Of a DNA stretch of 64,000 nt, positions 42,916-57,004 are shown piece after piece. Positions within the stretch are counted from its first letter, which is position 1. Every line of letters begins with the position of its first letter. The translations under genes and the position numbers were made by a program. The stretch comes from Catajapyx aquilonaris (lineage: Eukaryota), in assembly GCA_000934665.2 (NCBI GenBank), contig KZ538376.1, forward strand, positions 1-64,000, given 5' to 3'. The notes beneath the pieces were generated by a model that was not told where the DNA came from, made no database searches, and saw only the letters and a list, made by a program, of their open reading frames with translations.

Positions 42916-44329
42916 TTTCTGCATAAGTGGAACGATAACTACTTAGACTACAGAACAAGGGCATAACCAGTATTTTAGCTGGATTCATATGTGCGTCGTT
43001 GTCTTTAAGGTCTTTGTTGCTGGAATTCATTAGTGTGAATCTCCCTGCTCCTGATGAAATAGAGAACTATGGCAAGCCGTTTCATGCACATCGTATATGT
43101 CTCATCTCTGAACATCATAACCACTTTAAGACATTTCGAGAAGAATAAGGCAGGTTGCGTGTTTCAATTTTTTGGGCTCTTCATACTTGATTCGTTCCAG
43201 TTGCGCTTCCTGCATGCCTGGAGCCAAATTTACGACGTCAGCAGTCTCGTGCAGTATAGTTGATTTCCACATGTGATGGACCCCTCCACTCTGGGCAAGT
43301 GGAAGTCAGCCTTGTCTTAATAAAGCAGCTCTGCTCTTCTTCGCAAAAAGGCAGCAGGTGGCTAACCTCTTTTGCACTCTCGAGATAGCTGCACTTTTGC
43401 CGTCACAAACCCGGAGACTTACGGACTTATATTTCTCTTTCGGCTGACACGTCCCAGCCCGGAATATCCCGTCACAGAAACTCAATACCGAGGACAAAAG
43501 CTGCGAAACATCTCACCAGACGCTTCCACATTCGGTTCGGCACCGACTCTCAACCTGATTTCATGCGACGGATGTGGTTGACACTCTCTTTCACGACACT
43601 CTACCGGCCTGACTCTGACCTACAGTGTGCCAGTGCTCAGTAATGATGCAGGACTTCCGCTGGAGCCAACGCTCAACTTTACTGTCTATAGTTCAAGGAG
43701 GCCTCTTACCTGAGTTGTAACATCCCTGCTAGTCAGCCATCGTCAGAAATGATTGCTGAAATTACCTGACAAGTGAGAAACTACTAGCCTAGTAGTTTCG
43801 TAACTAATCGGAAGGGCTGATGGTAACGCCATTTTTGCTGGGAGACAAAACCTGGTGTAGGCACAAATATGTCGGGTTTTGTGCAATGTTTCCAGTTACT
43901 TTTTAACCGTGTAGGTTTCATGCCTGGATCCCATAGCAGGTGACCCATATGCATTCCACAGCAGGAAGCAGACTCTACGTAGTATATGCACACTAACTGG
44001 GCTTAGCATTGACACAACCGCCTTTTCGCGTCATGGAACACACAGGCGAGATTTCACCTGCAAAGCACCTGAGATTTCCCAAGCGTGAATGCCAGCAGGA
44101 GAATATAGGGTCCCCAAGGCTACACCTTTACGAGGCGCCTACACGAGCTCTAGCTTCTCCCAATCTCTCAGGGAAGTGGGAGAAGGGTAGTAGAGGAGAG
44201 AAAGAATGGCCAAGGGTGAACTAAAAAAATTGTGGGTTTAGGTGGGCAAGTGCTTCTTTCTGGGGGAGACCACAAACTGGCTGGCGTAATAGAATTTTGA
44301 TTACAGTTATCTTCGCTTAGGTCCATCCC

Positions 44330-44478
44330 CGATGTGCGAGAAAGTAATCCCTCCTCGGCTTTTATGGAGACTGCTATTTCAGATCATTTTCTCTCCTGCT
44401 GAGATGAACAAGACCGTCGTTTATAATTTCGGGCCGTCTGTCCGCATCAAATTGCTTCACCTTCCTTTATGGACTTAT
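44330..44478 (+). repeat. ~150-bp direct repeat, copy 2
   Basis: Nearly identical to 41243-41393. Confidence 0.9.
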
Positions 44479-47400
44479 CATGAGCCTCTTCAGGCATCTG
44501 CCTAATAGAAAACTGTGAAGCAGATGAAAGGCCTATATGCGCTACACATCACCGATGGTAACATTCCCCGAGACTCAACAGTATATAGGATTATGATTCT
44601 AGGCCACATTTCCTCCTCTGATGCTTAGGACGTCTGGCACCTTCAGTTATACGGATTAATACGATGATCAAAGTGCATTCTGCAGATGTACCAAAGTTTA
44701 GCGAGTGAATTAGTTAAAACTTGTGCAGTGCATAATTATTCTCTTTGATAACAGAAGTAGCGGGAGAACACTAAATGCAAGGTCATGATATCCTTGCTGG
44801 TTGTAATGAAGATGAAGATATTAGAAGTGCTAGGTGGTTGTGTACTACTTGTGTGTACATGAGGAACAAGCATTTATAAAACAACAAAATTGCTTGCATG
44901 AGGCCAATTGAAAAAAAAATGTTGTACTTTGTCATTGGTCTTTATGCAAGAAGCAAGAATTGATAACAAAATCTATGGAGACATCTTGCAGTTTGATTGG
45001 ATAAGAAGGTAGGCAGCAGATTGATGAATATTGCATTATATCTGCAAACATTTTCGGGACTTACTTGGGGCTTTAACGCCTATATGTACTTACCATTTTA
45101 AAATCAATCCATTGCCACGAGTAATATATTTATTATAATTTCATGACACAAACTAGTAAAAATATTCATTTACTACATTGGCTACATTAATTTGGATCGA
45201 GGGGGCTAAGAAAAAAAGGGTTGTCAAAGGGAATTCAAGAAAATTAATTATGATTAAAATAATGCATGTCGTTAGATATTTCACTCACACAGGATTATTA
45301 CCGGTATAGTGTCTCATGTATGCAGGGGTAGTGCCAAAGGTGCGCACTTTTCGTATTAAAGCTCCTTGCTAATTTCTAAGACAAAATTGCCTTAGTTGAT
45401 GTTGGCAATTTCGGCTTGATTACGGAAATAATCTCTTGTCAAGCTTAACAACGCCTCATACAAGGGCATCAATGAGTCATTCACCACCAGGAAATTCTTC
45501 CAGATGGTCAAACCGCCCAGGTCAATGGGGAGAGTGATGCGGCCACATGGTTTCACCACTCGGCGATCTGCTGATTGGGAAACACTGCTTTAGAATATCT
45601 TTTAATAACATTCGGTTTTTGGTTGCACAGTATATGATTCAATTGACACTTCTATCACACCCCACCAGGGATAGGTACACTAAATTCAAAGATGCACGAT
45701 CTGTCACTTCATAGGACTAGACTAGACTCGACGGTGTAATGCGTCAGCTCTTCCTCTTACCAAGAGCTGAAGATACGGGCCAACATGTTTCATCTTTTGG
45801 GGGCTTTGTGTAGAATATAGTTGCCCAGATTTTCACTTCTCCTGGGTCATAAATTGAGCGTAATTTTTGCCGCCCTCTCCCTTGGGAAGACGGCCAAAGT
45901 TGCCCGGATTATTTCTTAGGCCGTCGTAGTTATAAATCAGTCCTGCAAGTTGTCGCAGTTTTGAACAAAAGCTTTCTTTTAAATGACAACCACACTCCTA
46001 TTTCGAACAACTTGTGCGTTTCCGATATGAATCTGTGACCTTTGCACAGTAAGCGACAATCATTGCCGCGCAATGACATTCAGAGAGAGAAAAAAAATCA
46101 AAATGGAAAGGCTGAGCTGGTGTCACACGCTTTCAACCGAGTTTTCAAAGCCTTTGCATTTTTATCCTATTCTGCAGACGGATTGTGCCTGACAGGTGCA
46201 GGTGACATGTTTTATGGCCGAAAAACGCCAATAAAGTAACAGAAAGAGATTCTGACGCGGAGGCGGAAAACTGGCGTCATTCCCGAATCCCCCTGCCTCC
46301 GATACAGTTGCAAATGGTGAAGCTTCAACAAAGGCATGTTGAAGGATTTTTTTCTCCCGATTTTTTGGAGGCCTATATTATGTGCATGCGACAACCTGAA
46401 TGTTAGTAGCCAACTGGAAAGACACGCACGCAGCTCACTTTCCGGACGTTTGGATTTTATATGAGTTTTGAGCCTGAAAAGGCGCTTCTAATCTTAATGT
46501 TAATAACATTTTCTGTCCCTAAACTAGTTGCAAGTGTAGCTTGTTAATAACGATTCACTAAGAGCGAAATGTTGTAACCCATTAAATCAATTTAGAACAA
46601 TGCGTTGCTTGAAAGTTAGTAAAGATAATGCATACGAGCATAATGCAGCCTAAAGCCCAAAATTGCTGGCTGTTATCGCTTTATACAGCCATGTAGAGCT
46701 CCACTGTTAAGTACCGTACGCAGAGCAAAATTTTGGGTAGTTTTTATTTTTTAATTTTGGAGGAAAGAGGCTTTACTGATAACTACTTTCACGTGTCCAA
46801 CAGTTGAGTCACAATTCAGGAGGAAATATCGGTTCTAATCACCGGGCCATTGCCATAGTTGATTCATGGGTGCGATCGAATCTACGTGCTATAAAAGTTG
46901 GTAACGGTTTTATTTTACACTTTTTATGGGTTATTTTGAGAGTCAGATGCGCCTGGTCATCTGAACGTCATTTTTTTGAGTCCCTGCAAATAGTTTAGAA
47001 TGACGTCATTTGTAATCCAATTATAACGGGGCAATAACTGGTCACGTTCAGATGAATGGTAGCCTTAAATCATAGATGATGGTTTCAAATTTATTACCTT
47101 TAGGTTTTTAGTCTCGTTCCTGTACGATGCACGAGTATTTGAACTCGAAATTCTAAGCCAGGTCCGCTAATGAAATAATCGATATTTGATTAGGTCGTAT
47201 ATCACCGCCTGTACTCGGCAAGTACCAAAATATGCATCAGCCAATAGAAAAGGGTACAGGTACAGTACATCCGTTCTGTAACTTTAATTTGGACCCGTGT
47301 TCTGTTAGGTCATTAATTAATATCACACAATAGATTCGCTTTGTTTCAATATAGACTCTGTTGACGCTTTGTTTTATTATAGATTAAAGTTCTCTACTGC

Positions 47401-50400
47401 GATATTGTGTACAAGGACACCTGCGATTGGTTGGAAGCAATATTTAAACACGATTCATCGTATTCAATTGCGTTCAAATTTTTGCCTAACTCTTTAAACA
47501 AAAGCCAGATATAGGAAATCCTTGCCATACTAGCAGGTCGGTTCAGCCGTAATCTTTGCTGGAAATCGGCCGGATAATTTCTGGGCTTGGAAATCCCCGA
47601 TCTCAAGGGGGAATGAGAAGGAGAGTGGGGAGGAGGCTCATTTTCTAGCCAGAAAGTGTGTTTGGTTCATTCTGGGGGGTTTAGCGAGAAAAACAAAGTG
47701 GTAGAGAGCTAGGGAATGACCGGCTTTCCTAGGGATTCATTCCAACGACAACAACACTTTACTGGCTATCGGCTAGTGTTGTGTCCTGCCTCTTCTCCCC
47801 GCTTCACCCGCAGGCTCTTTGATCGGCCATTGTGCGCTGCTTGCAATCAGCCTGGCCTTTTTTGGCCAGGGGATGGGGTCGCTGTCCTGATTCATACGGA
47901 TGGTTACTGATCCAACCCTTCAGACCAGGGGGAAAATCTAAAAATGAGCCGGACGTAGCTGATAGATGTTGGCGACCAAGTGGCCATTTATTTTTGGGGT
48001 TGACGTCAAAAATACCCGGTGGTCTCTTCATAGCACATGATTCAATAATCATGTGTAGTTACTCGACCTTTTTAAATTAGAATTATTCACGGTCCATTTG
48101 TGATTCAGCGAGTAAAAGTTGGAGCGTGTAATTACCGCTTGAACGTGACCTATTTTGCTGTTTATGATGTTAGGAAATAAAATGGCATAATTGACGAGCG
48201 AGGAAATAGCGGTAATTACGGGAACATAGCGGTGGCCGAGAGGCTTCACACTCAACACCGTGACATGCGTTATGCATGTAACCTTTTTAATGTTTGCAGG
48301 TGCTAATTGCGCGACAAAAGCGATGTGCAGGAGGAGAGAAAAATACACATGCAATGCTTCTGATTATATCTGACGTCACGTTAACAGCGATTTTGAATTA
48401 AACACACCGAAAGTAACGTGGGGATAAGTTCGTGCCGTTGAGATGATATGGTAATTTTAAAATAGCCCTTCAGTTAAATTCGAGTGCAACTTACAGTAGC
48501 CTAAATGAAAGGGCTACAGTGTAGATTGTCAATCGCCCTCTTCAAACTGTCCGAAATGCACACTAAATTACAGTGGATAGTTGTAAATAGATGCACGATG
48601 TGCAAATGGATGCGATACGCTGCTGATGAGTTTTGCATTCACACAACGTGAAAAAGACTTACTAGATTCACTTTTTGAACCATTTCAATGGCAGGTCGTC
48701 TGCACCAGTCCGCTTATGCTGCACTTTATTTTCTAGGGCATATATTTTGTCGACCTTTGACCACTCTATATCCTAATATTCAGTTTTAAGTGGCGCACAT
48801 TATCGTCCCGTTCAAAATGGCGTAGTCGCTACCGCACATTCATCACATCTAACACACGTTGTTTCATCAGAGTAATGGCCGCTGTGACAGGCTTATGCTA
48901 ACACTTAGGTGGCAAACACGCTCGCTGATATAACCCTGCGGCCCTTTCGGTCGCTTTGTGCGGGACGGAAAAGTTGCGGGGAACACTATTAACCAAAGCG
49001 ACAGTCCTCTTTCAGCAAAAAAATGACGTCATGAAATGGGCAAGTTGTACCAAAACTTGCCCTGAACAATGCAAAGTTTGGGCGCGACCTAATTAGGCAG
49101 AACGTTGTACCCCCCAATTAATTCGGGTTCAGTCCTTCTCCTGGGATTCATCCCGAGCCCTTTTCATTGGGGTAACCATCTACCCTATACCCTCTGTCTC
49201 CAAAACTACTCTCCATCATCATCACCTGTCCTCTCATCGATTTAGCACCAGACTTCTTTGATTGATTGGACTTAGTCGGCCTTGTTTTGCAGTTTGGGCG
49301 CTTCCCGCAGGTATGTTTTGCTATTGGACCTGCCTGACATTCATATAGAGGACGGTTTGTCATGGAGCCCTTTCTGTCCGGGACACCAATGGCAGCGGGT
49401 TGAATGTGTTTCCGTGGCACAGATCGAGTATTGCAATAACACTATTTGCACAAAAATTACCAACGTAGCCCTGCGCTTTGTGCCAAAGCCAAAAGGCCTT
49501 TGCTTTCAAGTACAAATTAATTAGACGCTATGGCAAAAGCCATATTTTGTACGCTCCTACTGTGGCGTACGTAATCTTCCCTTGCAATATTGAAGCCGCG
49601 ACTACCTATAACAGGCAGGATAAAAACGATGAAAAACAAGGATGTGATTTTTTTGCAGCAAATGTGACGCGTTTTATTTTTCATGTTTAACCGTAGCACA
49701 CTATGCTAAATTACTTCTTCCTGTAGACAAGATGACCCAGAAAAGTAAACCTGCTTTGGACGGAATTAACTGCACAGCTTATTCTGAAACCTGCCATGTC
49801 AGTGACTAGCATTTTTCAGAAGAGCCGAAAGATCTCACTGAAAGCCCTATATTACTTCCAGGTACAGGGTGCTTCATAATGATTTAAACCAACTTTTAGG
49901 ATGAACTCCTGTTGACATTTTGTAGAGGGGGCATTGGTCTCCGCAGGTAAAGGCTTCAGACACATGGTATGTATATAAAATATCCTGGCAGCTATGCATC
50001 CCTCTACACAATGTTGGCTTTCTTCATTTATTTTAGATATGCCGTGAAAATTAAGCTACAATCTAACTAGGTGTAGCAGATAGTTGCCCAGACAATGAAA
50101 GTGACGTAGAATGCATCCGCGATATACGTATCTTGTAGAAGATAATAATTATAATGCACTCTTTGTTAAAATATAACCATCATATAAAATGTAACCATCA
50201 TAGTAAAGAGGCTACAGAGACCAAAATAATGACATCTATTTGTATAAAGTGATCCTTTGTTGCCCAGGAGTTCGCTCTAGTCTAGATATTTATAGGAATC
50301 ATTATGAAACACAATGTTTGCATAACCTCTCCAGTTTTTTAAAAATACGTATCATGCAAAGTGATTGTTTTCAAAATACACCAATCGTGAGATTGCTCTG

Positions 50401-51392
50401 CCTGCGCACTTTCTTTAGGTAAATAATCAAACCTTTTTAGAATTTTTTTTCATCCGGTGGCATTGGCGTAGGTTAGTTACATGGGAGGTTACGCAAATGT
50501 TGCATTTATTTTTTAAGTAAAATAAGGATCAAAAGACTCGTGTTTTCCAAACAGTGTATACTCTCGCTTCGCATTTCATTGATTTCATTCATGTTTTCCA
50601 GGCTTATATTAGGTTGTGCTCATTAATAATTAATGAAAGGGCTCGTATGTAAATATTTTGATCTGACTTCTCAGAGGAAAAAGGACATACGAAAGGGCAA
50701 TGCCACATTGCAAGAGACACTCTAAAAATAAAACTCATTATGCTGCTTTGCAACAAAATCGTCACCAATATGACAAAATGACGAATTCAACATTTTCATC
50801 ATTGTTCAGGAGAGCCAAAAGAAACCTGCAAACTGCTCTAGAAAAAAGATAATGCTACGTGAAATCTGGAAAATTGGAAATTGTGCACAAAATGTAGAGT
50901 ACCTCTCATGCTCATGTGGAATTTATTAAGCATGTACTATGTATGTAACAATGACATTATTGTTGCGAATTCTCCCTTTTGGCAGCTTTTTCTTGGACTA
51001 AGTGATTGTTGTAAAAAGGACGTATACGGTATATGAACTAGCGATGGGGCCAAAATCACGTCTCGCTTAAAAATCACTAATAAGTTATTTAAAAATCACG
51101 GTTCACTTGTAGCGTGATTCTCAAATCACGTACGCTATTCGTGATTTTATTTAATTCTGTCACAAAGCATGCAAAATTAACTCAGTTCTTCGCGAATTGA
51201 TTTATATTGACAATGCTCTTGGGTATCGTTCGGTAACCATAATGCCTTAAGCTATAGGGTTGGTCTAGAAACAGGAAGACATGTTTTTGTTTGTTATAAT
51301 TATTATTTATGATATATTATTAGTTTCATCGATATGATTGTGTGTTGTGATAGTTGAATTGTGTGTCCTTCTTCGCTGACTCCCTCCTATAG

Positions 51393-51393
<1 letters not shown>

Positions 51394-51467
<74 letters not shown>
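51394..51467. repeat. (GAT)n microsatellite
   Basis: Seen directly. Confidence 0.95.
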
Positions 51468-51468
<1 letters not shown>

Positions 51469-52703
51469 TAACGGAAAATAAAAATGTAAACAATCAATAT
51501 TTCATCCTGCTCAAGTTCATAGTTGTGTTGTTTTTGTATATTTTATCAGCACGATTATCAGTCTAGTCTTTCAGAGCAAAACGTGATAAATTCGCGTTCA
51601 GAGCAAAACGTGATGGAATCACGTTGAGCTTCAGACGTTTCACGTTCACGACTAACGTCCCGAATTTTCACTCTTTGTCCCAGATTTTTTCAAACGTCAT
51701 TCGGAACCCCTGTTTGTCCCGGATTCGGCCAAGTTGTCACGGTTATTGTAGGATTAATACAGTCACATGAATGTAAGTGTAAACATGTTACTCGCCGATG
51801 TCGTCGGTTATTATTATTATTATTGGGGGGAAGGCCCATAACATCTCATTACGGTGGCAAAAATTATGATTGTCATATTAATGTCTAAATTAAATAATGG
51901 TAGGGCCTACACTTTCAATGATTTTATAAACCCTTCCTCACCTCCTCCTCTCGACATTCGTTATATATATGAGGTGTCCCGTTTTGGGGCTTTGAAAGGT
52001 CGATTTGGTCACTTCCCCTCGATGACGTATGTCTGACTCGGTGCGGTGGGTCTCTAGTGGTGGGTGGTGGGGCATGGCTTATTGGGTATGTACTTGTCTT
52101 CAGTAAGCTGTGGGACCGGAAGTAGCTGTTTTTACTGAAACTGTGAGGACTTTCACTCATCTGTGGGGACATTTACGGTCCCCACAAGAAAATTGCGGGC
52201 CGTTTGCTTTTGCAGTAGTAGGGACAACCACCCAGTTTTGTCAGAATGCGACGCAACACTTTGGCCATAACTCAATTTTGGAAAAAAAAATGAATTCGTC
52301 CTTTTGTCATATTGGCGACGAAATGTGACTACAGCATAGAGAGTAGCCATTGCCATCATTGTATCTATCTCTCATCATTACTATAGACAAGCCGTAAACC
52401 AAGGCAATACACTTAGTCATATACACTGTATATGAAAGATGAGCTGCTACTCTCATATAGTTCACTCTACCATTGGCTATAACGGTATAGTGAGGAAGGA
52501 AAATCCTAATTGGGTATCCTCGGACGGCTCATCCAGGCTATTTTTGGAGCAGACCGTAAAGCTAATCTTGTTTGCTTCCCTGCGGAATAGAGAGGAGTAA
52601 TTTATCTACCTGTAGGTTACAAAATAATAATCGGAAGAAGAAACTTCACACTTTTGTCACATCCCCTGAGGAGTGTTGCCACAACGTTTCTGCAGCCCCA
52701 TAT

Positions 52704-52704
<1 letters not shown>

Positions 52705-52773
<69 letters not shown>
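52705..52773. repeat. (TAA)n microsatellite
   Basis: Seen directly. Confidence 0.95.
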
Positions 52774-52774
<1 letters not shown>

Positions 52775-53124
52775 CCGTAGAGGAAACATAGGATAGGCCT
52801 ATCCTACTAAAACTTATACAGTATATTGCAGCTGGGCATGGATGAGCTGGTGGACCAATCATGCGTGAATCATGGCCTCAGATGCATCGGCTCCTCTAAT
52901 AAATGAAACCAAACCAAACCAATAAGACAAAAATATTTGGCTCTATTAGTGTTACATCCGACATAACCCACTAATACAAGATGTTTCATAATGATTCGGG
53001 CAAATTACTGTGGTGAACACATGGATATCAGAGGAATGTATATTGTGCAGTGTCGTTACTGAGATAATTATAATTAATCAAAGAGCGCTACATACGACCA
53101 TGTCCTATTGCTAAAGACAGTATA

Positions 53125-53573
53125 CACTGTGTAATTAAATCGACCAGTCAGACCTGTACCCGTGGCTTAATTGTCACCAGAGGATCATGTTATGTAGAGG
53201 AGTCATTAGGTCTGGGTAGCCTCATTACTGATGAGATAATTGATCATTTGCGATTTAGCGATTGGGCCTAAAAGTGATTGTCAAATATCAGTGACAAGTG
53301 CGTGTCAGTGTGTGCTGGTGTGTGCCATGCGACATGCTAGTAGCCAAATGGAAAAGCTGCTATTATTTGACCGGTGATGCTGAGGTGAAGGTGAGGGGAA
53401 GCGTGGCTGAAGGTTTCCATACCTCCCAGGATACTTTGTACTTGTCGTTTGAAGGCAATTATCTCTGTAATGAGGCTGCCCAGACATAATGACTCCTCTA
53501 CATAACATGATCCTCATCTGGTGACAATTAAGCCACGTGTACAGGTCTGACTGGTCGATTCAATTACACCCTG
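53125..53573. mobile_element. Tc1/mariner-type MITE
   Basis: TA-flanked; ~85-bp inverted arms (GTGTAATT.AATCGACCAGTCAGACCTGTAC...GAGGAGTCATTA). Confidence 0.85.
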
Positions 53574-54208
53574 TATGCATGTATTTCCATCGTCTCCGCA
53601 ACTCACTGTTACTTCTAATGAGGCAGCAGTATAAATATCATCAATAATTATTATATGTATTAGTACAGTGCGTTCCAAGCATGCTGGTCACATTAGTTAT
53701 AAGAAATTATTTTTCTCGAAGCTGTTATTTTTGTGTAGCTAGATTCGAGGGGCCCTTCTATAGCAACTGAATATGAAAGGTATTACAAGGTAGAGCGGAG
53801 GAACTCATGCCTTTTATGCCATTTACTAAGCACGTAACCTTTGTAACGAGGCATCGGAGACCAAAAGGAGAGTCCCCCCCNCCCCATGACCGTAAGTCCT
53901 CTTTTGGTCGATTACAAACTGCCTCCACCAAAGTATTGCTCTCTTGTTACTCTACCTGCACGAGTGACTGTTGTTTTAGAGGTGGCGTAAATTTCCTAGC
54001 ACCATAGGCATTAAATTCTCGTGTATTCCCAAAAGGGCACAAATACAGTCATGCATTATTTCCAAACGGCCTTAAATATATCTTTGAACCAATCACACGG
54101 CCACGTTACGTCACGTGACGCTCCTGCCTGGGCGAATCTAATCCTTTACTACGTCGTCCAAGTGGTTAACCACTCGACTGTAAAGTGTACGGGAGTATAC
54201 CAAAATTC

Positions 54209-54280
54209 AAGGAGTACCAAAGAGTAAGGTACCTAAGGAGTACCAAAGAGTAAGGTACCTAAGGAGTACCCGGGAGTACC
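54209..54280. repeat. 26-bp tandem repeat (AAGGAGTACCAAAGAGTAAGGTACCT)
   Basis: Two exact copies plus partial copies. Confidence 0.85.
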
Positions 54281-56130
54281 ATTGAAGGTGTAATACACCG
54301 GAATACCCAACGACGTTGTCCTTGCTATTCCATTATGTGTGTCAGTTGGCATGCATTGCTTTCACCTACCTATTTCCTTGTGACAGACCATTCCCATATT
54401 TCTCCAGACAGATGCGTTGGTCGTGTAGAGCAGTATGTAATAAATACAGATTTTTTTGGCCAGCAGGAAAATAATATGCAGTGTTTGGATTATGTGCTAA
54501 ATTTTTGCGAATAAACCATCCCAGGTATTGTTTTATTGTCCTGTACTGTACATACGTAATTATGTAAATCTATAGACATTATGTTAACAATCAAATTTTT
54601 TGCTATATCTCAAAATGTTCCTGGAGATGTTATGGTAGTTTGGAAATAAGCTCTTCAAATACAACTTTGACATAATGTGCCCCTCTAGTGTACAGAAGTT
54701 TGCTTTAGAGCAGAAGTTTGTCTGAAGCACTGTGAACCACCCTGAATTTCCAACTGCTGTGATATCTATTGCCATGTCCTTTGTGGCAGTCAACTTATTA
54801 TCCCATTCATTTTGGCGTATGTAAAACTTGCAGTTAGATATAATTGGCCTCGGGAAATCTGCGTTCTCAATTTGCACATCTTGAACATGAATTACACGGG
54901 TTCCTAGCTACCTAGTCAATGACATCATTTGGGTAATGGCAGTGACCCATAATGGTACCTCTGGCTGGAACTGAAGTCTGTCTCTTATAACGAAGTCCAC
55001 GTGAATGCTCTCCTCTTTCGCCAGAAAAAGAAATAATTGCCCCAGTGAGCCCGTATGCCCTTCTTTGAACGAGCCAAGAAACCGCGGAGACATTTCCCAT
55101 TAGTCGGATCTGTTGCCATGGAGCACCCCCGATCCGGATACGAACCGTGTTATCTGCTGGAGTAAAGCCGCTGGTTTGATGAGGGACTTGCTGAGGAGGG
55201 CCAATCAAGGTGGCGGCCAAATGGTTCCAAGCGTGGGGGGCTGACCTGACACGGGGAACGTGCGGTGCATTATGGGCAACCAGCTCCGCCCACTTCCGGA
55301 ACCACAGGTCAGGTCGAGAATGAGAAAGAGGTCTTGCTTGGTCTTAAATCCTGGGGCGGCGTTGGATGGCCCCGGGGCCGACTTGGCTATCCCTTTAGGG
55401 AGAGAGCTCCAGACTTTTATTCCTTCATGATGCATGGCCAGGCCCGACCAAAATGGCCGCATGCTCCATTTTATTGTTGGTCTTGCCGCCGTTGGCCACA
55501 GTTTTTTTCTTTCTTTTTGGCTCTTCGGCCAGCCCCAGCCATCGATTCTACGCCAATTTCATTAGTGGGAACGCTCCTAGACACTTCCAAAAGCCTCACC
55601 TGATGCCCTTGCACTACATTCCAGGACGACTGATTCTTTCGGGGTTATTTTGGACTCGTGGATTGGAAAGCTTTTTGAGCGTTTGAATTCTGCAATGGGG
55701 ACTAGAGGGTCATGATGACTTGCAGGTTACAGGCTTATTGATCATTATGGGCAACTTAGGGAATAATTACCAATGTTACAAAAATGGATCCGAGAACATT
55801 AATAGCATCAGTGATGTGCTGCTTACATGCAGTATGAACAAAGTCAGCCCATATTCTTATTGGTAAAAAATATTGCGGACGTTTATTTCCACTCGCTGCT
55901 GTCGCCACACTTTCACTGTGTTACTGTTACATATACACGGTTGAATAGCCCAAGGAGATTTCCAACTACATAAATATGTATAATTATGATTCCACACCAA
56001 ACTTCAACATGAATTCATATGGCGAGCGTTTGGGAATAATCACTGATACGAATGTTAGCTAACTTCTCTTACACAATCATGTTATATGGTACCCTGGAAT
56101 GGTTCGAGAACCGGCAAGGTACCGGGTATT

Positions 56131-56355
56131 ATAGGCCGTTCAGGAAAAGACTGCATGGGTTCAGTTTACGGGGTTTTGAAGTAGAGTTGCCTGACACAAA
56201 AGGAACCCGGAATACCCCACATCCACGTTGAAAAAAACATTTCCCACCTGGCTACTCTACTTATCATCATGGTAAACATAGGGACTGGGGAGGTGGGGAG
56301 GGGGGCTGAAAAGTTGGAAAACCCCACCTAATCCCCGCAGTCTCTTCTTGGTCCT
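56131..56355. repeat. interspersed repeat (copy 2 of 11780-11995)
   Basis: Direct sequence similarity. Confidence 0.8.
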
Positions 56356-56726
56356 CCCCCCCCCCCCTTTTTTTTTTAGAAGAAACGATCTTGTAAAATT
56401 CTCAAATCTTCGTTACCATATTTTTGGTTTTGTACGCCATTCATTATTATCAAATGAAACAGACAGGGGTACTGATGAAGTAAAACGTGATTGTAATTTC
56501 ATATTTATGAACCAGTAACATTACCATGTGTGTTACTTGCATTCATTCCTTAGTGGGAAATATTTTATTAGTGTGGCATGTGGATTAGCTATCTGGCATT
56601 GGGGAGGGAAAGAGGTTTTCGGAATGTGGAAGGAAACGGGAGAACCCGAGAAAACCCACGCGAACACGGATATAACCCCTTGAAACTTTTTCCCCATTAG
56701 AAAATTCCCTGTCCGATCTAGCGCGG

Positions 56727-57004
56727 GAGTATAGTATGAAAAATCGGAGTCCCATGCCACTTCGGAAGTAGTAGACCAGAGTCCCACGCCAGATGATTTA
56801 ACGAATTATAACATTATTTTCACGATTTTTAACGTTAATTTCACATAAAGATGTGTAACGACCATTATTCCGTTGAGACGATATGTTAACGTGAAATTGT
56901 CGTCAAAAGTTGTTTAAATCGTTAAAATATTGTAGGGGATTATCTGGCGTGGGACTCTGGTCTACTATATCCGAAGTGGCATGGGACTCCGATTTTTCAT
57001 ACTC
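56727..57004. mobile_element. Sola-like palindromic MITE nested in a degenerate family-C-like SINE (~56540-57062, - strand)
   Basis: GAG...CTC termini, 4-bp TSD GCGG, ~60-bp near-perfect TIRs. Confidence 0.7.

Noticed and set aside
54209..54280. CRISPR-like array
   Set aside because: Eukaryotic context; identical tandem units with no unique spacers
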